A stretch of 64,000 nt of DNA from an uncultured Planctomycetia bacterium. GTDB lineage: Bacteria > Omnitrophota > Gorgyraeia > 2-02-FULL-51-18. The stretch spans positions 92,365 through 156,364 of the forward strand of contig CAZSGP010000004.1 in assembly GCA_964606485.1 (NCBI GenBank), in the 5' to 3' direction. Positions 57,082 to 64,000 of the stretch are shown in pieces. The notes under the pieces are model-generated. The model was not told the origin of the DNA. It saw only the letters and a program-made list of their open reading frames with translations, and did not search any database. Made by a program: the position numbers and the translations under genes. Numbering within the stretch: the first letter of the stretch is position 1; every line of letters begins with the position of its first letter.

Positions 57082-58814
57082 GATGCCCCCACTGTCATAT
57101 TCAAATGCTCCACGATCGGACCCAAGGCCAGCGCCGGGAAAAAAGTCAGCGCCCCCACGATGATCACGATTGAAATTAGAAAAAAGATAAAAAGCGGCGT
57201 GTGCGTCGGCAAAGTGCCTGAGCTTATTGGAACAATTTTTTTCTTAGCAAGTGACCCCGCAATTGCAAGGGCTGGAATAGCCAGCCAATATCGCGAGACA
57301 AACATACAAATCCCAAGCGCGATGTTGTAAAAGGGGTTGTTAGCGCCAAGACCCGCAAAAGCACTGCCGTTGTTGTTTGACGCCGACGAAAATGCGTACA
57401 AAACTTCACTGAATCCGTGAATGCCCGGATTATAAATCGTCGCGGTGCCTCCTTTGGTGACGACGGCGACCGCCGTGCCGACCAAAACTAAAAAGCACGG
57501 TACCAGAATCATGATCGACGCCATTTTCATTTCGTACGCTTCTATTTTTTTGCCGAGATACTCGGGTGTGCGGCCAATCATAAGCCCCGCCACAAAAACC
57601 GCCACGATCACAAAAGCCAGCATCCCATAAAGACCGGAACCGACACCGCCGTAGATGACTTCACCAAGCTGCATCATCCACATGGGAACAAGTCCGCCGA
57701 GCGGCATAAACGAATCATGCATCGAATTGACAGACCCGTTGGACGCGGCCGTCGTGGCTGTCGCCCAAATCGTCGACTGCACAATGCCAAAACGTGATTC
57801 TTTTCCCTCCATATTTCCACCGCATTGCAGTAAATTTGAAGACTGATCAACGCCCATCGACGTGAAGGCCGGGTTTCCCGCTTGCTCGGACGCTGTGCAA
57901 ACCCAAAGACAAGGAACAAAAATCAGCGTCATGGCGAGAAAGAGTGCCCAACCCTGCCGCTTGTCCTTGACCATGTCGCCGAATGTAAAACAAAGGGCCG
58001 CCGCGATGAGTAGAATCGACAACACTTCCAGAAAATTTGAAAGCGGCGTCGGATTTTCAAACGGATGCGCGGAATTGACGTTAAAAAATCCACCGCCGTT
58101 GGTGCCCAGTTGCTTGATGGCAATCTGCGATGCCGCCGGACCCACGGCCAGCGTTTGTTCGGTAATGGCATTTCCACTACCATCTTTGGTCGTTTGCAAC
58201 AACGAAGCGGTGGCGCTGGGCTTAAACGTTTGCACCACGCCCTGTGAAACCAACACGACAGATAATAAGATTGAAAGCGGAAGGAGTATATAAAGTACGC
58301 TTTTAGTCAGATCGACCCAAAAATTTCCGATCGTATTAGCCTGCTTGCGTACGAATCCGCGAATGAGCGCCACTAAAACGGCCATGCCGGTAGCGGCCGA
58401 CACAAAGTTCTGCACTCCTAAACCGAGCATCTGCGTCAGATAACTCATCGTCGATTCACCGCCGTACCCCTGCCAGTTGGTATTCGTCGCAAAACTCACG
58501 GCCGTGTTAAACGAGCTGTCGGGCGTCACGGCCGGCATTTTCATGGGATTGAACGGGAGACTTGCTTGATACCGTTGTAATAAATAAACCACCAAAAGAC
58601 CGACGATGTTAAATAGCATCATGGCCAGAGCATACGTTTTCCAGGACATTTCTTTGGTTTCGTCGATGCCGCAAATTCGGTACAGCGGTTTTTCGATCCA
58701 TTCCAAAAAACGGCTCTTGCCTTCGTAAACTTGGGCCATGTAGGCGCCTAGCGGCACCGCACACGCCGTGAGGGCGATCATGTATAGCGCGCATTGGACA
58801 AAATTGTTTGTCAT
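57078..58814 (-). CDS. kdpA: Potassium-transporting ATPase subunit A
   Basis: 578-aa polytopic protein with KdpA similarity, including the selectivity-filter-like GGG segments (TNGGGFFN). Confidence 0.95.
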   Translation of the reverse strand: MTNNFVQCALYMIALTACAVPLGAYMAQVYEGKSRFLEWIEKPLYRICGIDETKEMSWKTYALAMMLFNIVGLLVVYLLQRYQASLPFNPMKMPAVTPDSSFNTAVSFATNTNWQGYGGESTMSYLTQMLGLGVQNFVSAATGMAVLVALIRGFVRKQANTIGNFWVDLTKSVLYILLPLSILLSVVLVSQGVVQTFKPSATASLLQTTKDGSGNAITEQTLAVGPAASQIAIKQLGTNGGGFFNVNSAHPFENPTPLSNFLEVLSILLIAAALCFTFGDMVKDKRQGWALFLAMTLIFVPCLWVCTASEQAGNPAFTSMGVDQSSNLLQCGGNMEGKESRFGIVQSTIWATATTAASNGSVNSMHDSFMPLGGLVPMWMMQLGEVIYGGVGSGLYGMLAFVIVAVFVAGLMIGRTPEYLGKKIEAYEMKMASIMILVPCFLVLVGTAVAVVTKGGTATIYNPGIHGFSEVLYAFSSASNNNGSAFAGLGANNPFYNIALGICMFVSRYWLAIPALAIAGSLAKKKIVPISSGTLPTHTPLFIFFLISIVIIVGALTFFPALALGPIVEHLNMTVGAS

Positions 58815-58901
58815 TTAAAAAATCTCCGGTTTCAACATTGCGATGATGAGATACACCAGCAATGCAATGGCCAGACTTCCGCCGATCCAATAAATTGTCA
58901 T
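58815..58901 (-). CDS. kdpF: Potassium-transporting ATPase subunit F (28-aa TM peptide)
   Basis: MTIYWIGGSLAIALLVYLIIAMLKPEIF. Its TAA stop overlaps the kdpA ATG, and its size and ...PEIF C-terminus match KdpF. It is not in the supplied ORF track. Confidence 0.6.
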   Translation of the reverse strand: MTIYWIGGSLAIALLVYLIIAMLKPEIF

Positions 58902-58911
58902 CGCTTTCTCC

Positions 58912-58992
58912 TTACAGTTTGTCGAACAAGCCGATCAGTCCGATCGTGCCGACCGACAGAATCACTATCAAACCCAGCATCCACGCTTCCAT
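58912..58992 (-). CDS. Second tiny TM peptide (26 aa) upstream of kdpF
   Basis: MEAWMLGLIVILSVGTIGLIGLFDKL, a single hydrophobic helix. It is speculative and not in the ORF track. Confidence 0.3.
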   Translation of the reverse strand: MEAWMLGLIVILSVGTIGLIGLFDKL

Positions 58993-59081
58993 AAAACACT
59001 CCTCGGCTGTTTGTTGTTTCTATAAGAAGTTTACGCGGGGCTTGTCTAAAAGGTTAGTCAATTAGACGTCAAAATTAAGAC

Positions 59082-59783
59082 TTAAGAATCGTACTTGAGG
59101 CGATACCCGACGCCGGGTTCAGTGAGAATGTACGTCGGGCGCGTGGGGTTAGGCTCGAGCTTACTGCGAAGATTGCTGATCGTGACGCGCAAAAGATGCT
59201 CTAGCCCTTCGACATTGTCCGGGTTTTTCCCCCACACTTTCTCGAAGAGCTGGCTATGCGTGATGACTTTTCCGGCACTTAATACCAAAATTTTTAAAAC
59301 GTCGTATTCGGTGGGGGTGAGCTGAATCTCTTTATCGGCCACTTTAATTTGTCTTCGTGAAAAATCAATGGCTAGCTTTCCACTTTTAAAAAGTGGGTCA
59401 TCTTCATTGCGCGCCAGACGTCTTAGAACGGCACGCAATCGCGCTAAAAGCTCCCCCGCACTAAAAGGCTTGGTGAGGTAGTCATCGGCTCCTGCATCGA
59501 GCGCCGAAATTTTGTCGGCTTCCTGCTCTCGCACCGACAAAATGATGATCGGCGTTTGTGTTTTTTTTCGGATAAGGCGCGTCACTTCAATTCCGTCTAT
59601 GTCCGGAAGACCCAAATCCAACACCACCGCATCCGGATGAAAACTAGAAAGCTCGGCAACGGCTTCTTTTCCATTCGACGCTTCAGACACCGTAAAGCCG
59701 TTAGATGTGAGCGTTGTTTTAAGAAAGCGGCGAATCGCTTTTTCGTCGTCTACAATTAAAATTCTAGGGCCTTGAGTGCTCAT
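59082..59783 (-). CDS. kdpE: KDP operon response regulator (OmpR family)
   Basis: Receiver domain (ILIVDDEKAIRRFL) and winged-helix output domain. The ATG at 59783 overlaps the kdpD stop as ATGA. Confidence 0.9.
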   Translation of the reverse strand: MSTQGPRILIVDDEKAIRRFLKTTLTSNGFTVSEASNGKEAVAELSSFHPDAVVLDLGLPDIDGIEVTRLIRKKTQTPIIILSVREQEADKISALDAGADDYLTKPFSAGELLARLRAVLRRLARNEDDPLFKSGKLAIDFSRRQIKVADKEIQLTPTEYDVLKILVLSAGKVITHSQLFEKVWGKNPDNVEGLEHLLRVTISNLRSKLEPNPTRPTYILTEPGVGYRLKYDS

Positions 59784-62437
59784 GGTTTTGGGGCCTTCGG
59801 CGAAGGAATAGAAACAGTTACGATTGTCCCTCCGCCGGAACGATTTTCGGCCCAAATTTTTCCGTGGTGCGCTTCGACAATTCCACGGCAAATTGAAAGC
59901 CCGAGCCCCGTGCCTTCAAAATTCTGCGGGCGCTTCACGCGATAAAATTTTCCAAAGACTTGTTCCAAGTCTGCTTCGGGGATTCCCAAGCCCCGGTCTA
60001 AAACACGGATTTCTATTTGACCCTTCGTTTGCCGCGCCTCGATGTCGACGGGAAGCCCGAACGGCGCGTATTTAATGGCGTTGTCGATAAGGTTCACGAG
60101 CACTTTCATCATGAGCCCAAAATCCATCGGAACATGCGGCAGATTTTCTTCGATTGTGACCGTAACTTTGCGATCCTCCAATCTATTTTCCAGTTCCTTA
60201 ATCGCCGAGCCGATCACGTCGCGAATTTCGCAAGGGTTTGGCGTGATTTTCAGCGCCGCCGCTTCCAGGCGCGCCATGTCGAGTAAGTTTCCGACCAAAC
60301 GATTGAGCCGCCCTGCGTCTTCGTAAGCGGTTTCTAAAAGCTCTTTTCGGGAAGCCTCATCGATCGCCGTGTTCTCAAGCATGCCGCTCAATGCGCCGGT
60401 AATCGAAACAAGAGGCGTTCGCAAATCATGGGAAATCGAATTAAACAACGCGGATTGCAATTTTTCCCGCTCCTCCAAAAATCGTGTTTTCTGAAATTCC
60501 TCGGTGAGCATTATTCGCTCAAGCGCCACGGCTGTTTGGCCGGCAAAAGATTCGAGAAGCCGCCGGTCTTCAATTCTCATTTTATAATTTTTATTCCGGC
60601 TTGCCACGCCGAGCGCGCCGTAAACAGCGCGGCTTGTTTTAAAAGGCAGGTAGTAACCCAGCGCGCCTGGAAGTGTGTCGGTTTGAGAACCCGCGGGTTG
60701 GCCATTTCGCACCACCCAGTCCGCCACAGCCGTCTCATGATCACTGACCGGAAAGTGAAAACTTTTTTTGCCAAGATTCAAAGCCTCGCCTTCTTTGACA
60801 AACACCGCGGACTCAGCGTCCATGGTTTCCTCAAGATGCTTGAGAAGAGATTGGTAAACCGTCTCAGCATCCGTCGCACTCGCCAAGTCGCGACTCAGTC
60901 CGTAAAGCGATGCGGTGTGAATTTCCCGGGCTCTTGAAAATTCAGCCTGCTCTTTCAAGCGCGCAGTGAGCGTGCTGATCACAAGCCCCACGGCAAACAG
61001 CACAAAAAAAGTGAGAACGTACTGCGTGTCGGTAACAGCAAACGTAAAGTAAGGCGGAACAAACACAAAATCGAAGATCAGCACGCTGATCACCGCCGTA
61101 AAAACCGACGGTCCTCGTCCGCAAAAAATGGCGGAAGCCACAACCGCCGCCAAATAGTACATCGCGATATTCGTGGGCTCTAAAAATGAACGGGTGAACA
61201 CTCCTAAGCCGGACGCCGCGGCGACAAATACCAAGCTTTCCAAATAGCCTTTTAAATTCAAACCCGGGCGCTCATCGGAAGGCGCCTTGTAGGGGCCCTG
61301 GTCTCTCAAAGTTCGATTGATGACATACACATCGATTTCGCCGCTTAAACGAATCAGCTGGTCTACTAGGGTCCCAAAAAAAATATCCCGTACTTTTCGT
61401 TTTGCAGTTTTTCCGACTAAAATTTTACTCACCTTGCGGCGACGTGCGAAATTGACAAGCTCTTCGGCAATGCTTTGACCCGATAAAAATGCCACCGTGG
61501 CGTCCAGTTCCTCGGCGAGCTTCAGCGTCCGGGCAAGTCTGTCTTTTTCGGCGGCCGATAATTTAGTTCCCGGGGTTTCCACGGTAACCACAAACCACTC
61601 CGCATCAAGACCCGCCGCTAAAAGCCGGCCCGCGCGCACAAGTTCCGCGCTCGACGCGTACGAACTCACACAAACCAGGAGTTTTTCACCAACCGCCGCA
61701 CGGCTTGTGCCGAGGCGCGAAAATCCCTGCATTTGAAGGTCCAAACGCTTCGCCGCTCGCCGCAGCGCCAATTCTCGCAGCGCGGTGAGATTGGATTCCG
61801 TGAAAAAATTTTGCATAGCGCGTTCGGCCGCTTCCGGGAAATAAATCCGCCCTTCGCGCAGACGCTTCAGGAGCTCTCCGATCGGGAGATCCACGACTTC
61901 GATTTCCCTGGCTTCATCAAACACTCGGTCCGGTACGGTTTCTTTCATCGACACACCGGTTACTTTCGCCACCACATCGTTTAAACTTTCCAGATGCTGG
62001 ATATTCAGTGTCGTGTAGACATCAATCCCGTGCGATAGCAATTCTTCAATATCTTGATAGCGCTTGGTGTGGCGGGATCCCGGAGCGTTTGTGTGAGCCA
62101 GTTCATCGATGATTGCAATTTTAGGTTTACGCGCAATCACCGCATCGAGATCCATTTCCTCGATTTCTGTATTGCGATAAGGTTGTTTTTTTCTAGGAAG
62201 AATTTCGAGACCCTCTAGAAGCGCTTGGGTTTCCGCGCGTTTATGAGTTTCGATGAGACCAATGGCCACATCCACGCCGTCTCTTTGAAGACGCCGGGCC
62301 GCTTCGAGCATGGTATAGGTTTTTCCAACGCCTGCGCAGTAGCCTAGAAATATCTTGAGCTTGCCGTTAGATGAATAGGTCTCTTCGGTTTTAGCGATTT
62401 TTAATAAATCATCGGGATTTGGACGCACCATATCCAT
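59780..62437 (-). CDS. kdpD: Osmosensitive K+ channel sensor histidine kinase
   Basis: N-terminal KdpD domain with a P-loop (GYCAGVGKT), a Usp domain, 4 TM segments, and a GAF/HisKA/HATPase region (H-box SISHDLRTPL). Confidence 0.9.
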   Translation of the reverse strand: MDMVRPNPDDLLKIAKTEETYSSNGKLKIFLGYCAGVGKTYTMLEAARRLQRDGVDVAIGLIETHKRAETQALLEGLEILPRKKQPYRNTEIEEMDLDAVIARKPKIAIIDELAHTNAPGSRHTKRYQDIEELLSHGIDVYTTLNIQHLESLNDVVAKVTGVSMKETVPDRVFDEAREIEVVDLPIGELLKRLREGRIYFPEAAERAMQNFFTESNLTALRELALRRAAKRLDLQMQGFSRLGTSRAAVGEKLLVCVSSYASSAELVRAGRLLAAGLDAEWFVVTVETPGTKLSAAEKDRLARTLKLAEELDATVAFLSGQSIAEELVNFARRRKVSKILVGKTAKRKVRDIFFGTLVDQLIRLSGEIDVYVINRTLRDQGPYKAPSDERPGLNLKGYLESLVFVAAASGLGVFTRSFLEPTNIAMYYLAAVVASAIFCGRGPSVFTAVISVLIFDFVFVPPYFTFAVTDTQYVLTFFVLFAVGLVISTLTARLKEQAEFSRAREIHTASLYGLSRDLASATDAETVYQSLLKHLEETMDAESAVFVKEGEALNLGKKSFHFPVSDHETAVADWVVRNGQPAGSQTDTLPGALGYYLPFKTSRAVYGALGVASRNKNYKMRIEDRRLLESFAGQTAVALERIMLTEEFQKTRFLEEREKLQSALFNSISHDLRTPLVSITGALSGMLENTAIDEASRKELLETAYEDAGRLNRLVGNLLDMARLEAAALKITPNPCEIRDVIGSAIKELENRLEDRKVTVTIEENLPHVPMDFGLMMKVLVNLIDNAIKYAPFGLPVDIEARQTKGQIEIRVLDRGLGIPEADLEQVFGKFYRVKRPQNFEGTGLGLSICRGIVEAHHGKIWAENRSGGGTIVTVSIPSPKAPKP

Positions 62438-62527
62438 TAATTTACCGCTTTTGGCCCAGCGAAAATAGTCAATTAATCGTCAAATCCAGACTTGGTTTGT
62501 GACGCGTTTAAAAGCTATAATTCGAGT

Positions 62528-63472
62528 ATGTCCACAGGCTTTGCCTACGATCCGACGTATCTTGCTCACAACACCGGCCCTCATCATCCGGAAAGCGCCG
62601 AACGTCTCATCCATACGCTAGCCTATCTTGAAAAACAAGCCGTTTTTAAATCTTTAAAGAAAATAAAGCCTAGAACCGCTGAACAAAAATGGATTCAAAC
62701 GATTCACGCTGAAAAATATTTGGACCGCGCCCGCGAAGCCTGCGCGCAAAATGAGCGCATGCTTGATACTCCCGACGTTCGCATTAGCACAGAGACTTAT
62801 CGCGCCGCTCTTCTTGCGGCTGGGGCTGCCCTCGAACTCTGCGATCACGTCATGGCAAAAAAAATTAAAAATGGTTTCGCGCTCGTGCGCCCTCCGGGCC
62901 ATCACGCTGAAAAAGATTTTGCCATGGGCTTTTGCGTGTTCAACAACGCCGCGATCACGGCGCGGTACTTACAGAAAAAACATTCTCTCGAGCGGATTCT
63001 GATTCTCGACTGGGACGCCCATCACGGCAACGGCACTCAACACACATTCGAAGAAGACCCAAGCGTGCTTTATGTCAGTCTCCATCAATACCCGTTTTAC
63101 CCGGGAACTGGTTCAGCATGGGAAAGCGGCGAAGGAAAGGGCGCGGGATTGACACTCAATTGTCCCATGAAAGCCGGAGCCGTTGACTCCGACTACGAAC
63201 GCGCCTTCACCGAAAAAATTATCCCCAAGGTTTCAGAATTTAAGCCAGACGCGATTATTATTTCGGCGGGCTTCGACGCGCACACAAACGATCCGCTTGC
63301 ACAGATCAATCTTTCAAGCGACGCCTTCCGCTGGATGAGCGAGCGCACGATGGAACTTGCCGAAAAATTTTCTAGTGGGAGAATTATTTCTCTGCTAGAA
63401 GGCGGCTATGATCTATCCGCTCTCCCCGAATGCGTGACTAAACACCTGGAAGTTTTGTCCCTTAAAAAATAA
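62528..63472 (+). CDS. Histone deacetylase-family (AcuC/HDAC class) zinc deacetylase
   Basis: The PGHHAE motif and the zinc ligands in DWDAHHGNGTQ. The ATG at 62528 (MSTGFAYDP) is preferred over the TTG at 62492. Confidence 0.8.
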   Translation: MSTGFAYDPTYLAHNTGPHHPESAERLIHTLAYLEKQAVFKSLKKIKPRTAEQKWIQTIHAEKYLDRAREACAQNERMLDTPDVRISTETYRAALLAAGAALELCDHVMAKKIKNGFALVRPPGHHAEKDFAMGFCVFNNAAITARYLQKKHSLERILILDWDAHHGNGTQHTFEEDPSVLYVSLHQYPFYPGTGSAWESGEGKGAGLTLNCPMKAGAVDSDYERAFTEKIIPKVSEFKPDAIIISAGFDAHTNDPLAQINLSSDAFRWMSERTMELAEKFSSGRIISLLEGGYDLSALPECVTKHLEVLSLKK

Positions 63473-63510
63473 AAAGACGCCCTGCAATTACACAGAGCGT
63501 CTTTTTAAAT
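63473..63510. terminator. Bidirectional intrinsic terminator between the HDAC gene and tRNA-Glu
   Basis: The stem AAAGACGC..GCGTCTTT is flanked by T-runs on the plus strand (TTTTTAAATTTTT) and by A-runs read as U-runs on the minus strand. Confidence 0.5.
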
Positions 63511-63513
63511 TTT

Positions 63514-63588
63514 TGACCCCAGCGGGATTCGAACCCGCGTCATCACCGTGAAAGGGTGATGTCCTAGGCCGGGCTAGACGATGAGGTC
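63514..63588 (-). tRNA. tRNA-Glu (anticodon UUC); CCA not encoded
   Basis: Reverse complement GACCUCAUCGUCUAGCCCGGCCUAGGACAUCACCCUUUCACGGUGAUGACGCGGGUUCGAAUCCCGCUGGGGUCA. It folds as a cloverleaf with a 7-bp acceptor stem, T-loop UUCGAAU, and an anticodon loop CUUUCAC with U33 and A37. Confidence 0.9.
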
Positions 63589-63635
63589 TAAAGCAACAAA
63601 CGGGCGTATACCATAACTTGAGGGCCGGCTCAGGC

Positions 63636-64000
63636 TCAAGCTTTTTTTTCGGGCGCCTCTGCGGACTCGGCACCCTCTTCTTCAGGCTCAACTCGAGCCA
63701 TCGTTGAAACTTTGTCGTTTTCTTTCTTCATGTTAATGAGGCGCACGCCTTGAGCGACGCGGCCGGTCTCGCGAATATCCTTCACCGAGCAGCGAACCGT
63801 CATGCCTTCTTTGGTCATCAGCATGAGATCGTCTTTATCGGTGACGCATTTAAGACCCACCACTTCGCCATTTTTCTCGGTAACTTTAATGTTGGTAACA
63901 CCCTTGCCGCCGCGGCTCGTAATGCGGTACTCATCAATCTGCGAGCGCTTGCCGAAACCCTTTTCAGTGACGGATAAAAGGGTCGCGTTCTTATTCACGA
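63636..64000 (-). CDS. gyrA: DNA gyrase subunit A, C-terminal end (the gene continues beyond the window)
   Basis: C-terminal beta-pinwheel blades (SRGGKGVTNIKV, GRVAQGVRLINM) and an acidic tail EEEGAESAEAPEKKA. Confidence 0.75.
   Translation of the reverse strand, partial: VNKNATLLSVTEKGFGKRSQIDEYRITSRGGKGVTNIKVTEKNGEVVGLKCVTDKDDLMLMTKEGMTVRCSVKDIRETGRVAQGVRLINMKKENDKVSTMARVEPEEEGAESAEAPEKKA

Noticed and set aside
63601-63658. Stem-loop CTTGAG-N12-CTCAAG followed by T8 at the gyrA stop as a terminator
   Set aside because: The T-run is on the plus strand, is partly inside gyrA codons, and lies upstream of the minus-strand tRNA. No plus-strand gene ends there, so the assignment is ambiguous. 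The cleaner bidirectional terminator at 63473-63510 was kept instead.
1-64000. CRISPR arrays, rRNA operons, integrases or transposases
   Set aside because: I saw no direct-repeat/spacer periodicity, rRNA-like conserved stretches, or DDE/tyrosine-recombinase ORFs. The only repeats are the two palindromic families.

Overview
This 64 kb window is a gene-dense bacterial chromosomal segment with almost no non-coding space, and about 80% of genes are on the minus strand. The organism looks non-proteobacterial: it encodes RNase Y, a YmdB-type phosphodiesterase and a KirBac channel, and ribosome-binding sites are weak. Recognisable housekeeping blocks are: pyrR-pyrB-pyrC (partial); rsmI and glmS; tatC; xseA-xseB-ispA-dxs; rny-ymdB; NAD kinase and rlmD; a complete kdpDE-kdpFABC locus; tRNA-Glu(UUC); and the 3' end of gyrA. 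Three accessory-looking regions are worth a second look. (1) An 11-gene minus-strand operon at 14.9-23.9 kb encodes a type II FAS/PKS-like system. It has an intact ketosynthase paired with a ketosynthase homologue that has lost all three catalytic residues (chain-length-factor-like), plus two FabZ-like dehydratases, FabG, a long ACP with an in-operon AcpS, a PaaK/F390-synthetase-like adenylating enzyme, a class III aminotransferase and an MtnX-like HAD phosphatase. It is flanked by a membrane LbH acyltransferase, an SDR, a membrane GT2, and a convergent operon for a PhnW-like class V aminotransferase, a CDP-alcohol phosphatidyltransferase and a flippase-like protein. Together these suggest an undescribed specialised lipid (aryl-polyene-like or amino/phosphono-lipid) pathway. 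(2) A ~9 kb minus-strand sulfur cluster at 37.5-46.4 kb combines cysDN, an Fe-S APS reductase and an Ssu/Tau-like ABC transporter with two separate protein-thiocarboxylate modules. One is a Mec+ JAMM protease, a ThiS-like carrier and CysK/M. The other is a threonine-synthase homologue next to a CysO/MoaD-like carrier fused to a C-terminal NIL/ACT-like domain. A cysteine-free Rrf2 regulator lies downstream. (3) Two families of structured palindromic repeats fill intra-operon gaps. One copy sits in-frame inside a 1453-aa secreted protein, much like Rickettsia palindromic elements (RPE). A lone phage YopX-like gene is also present. I saw no rRNA, CRISPR array, transposase or integrase.
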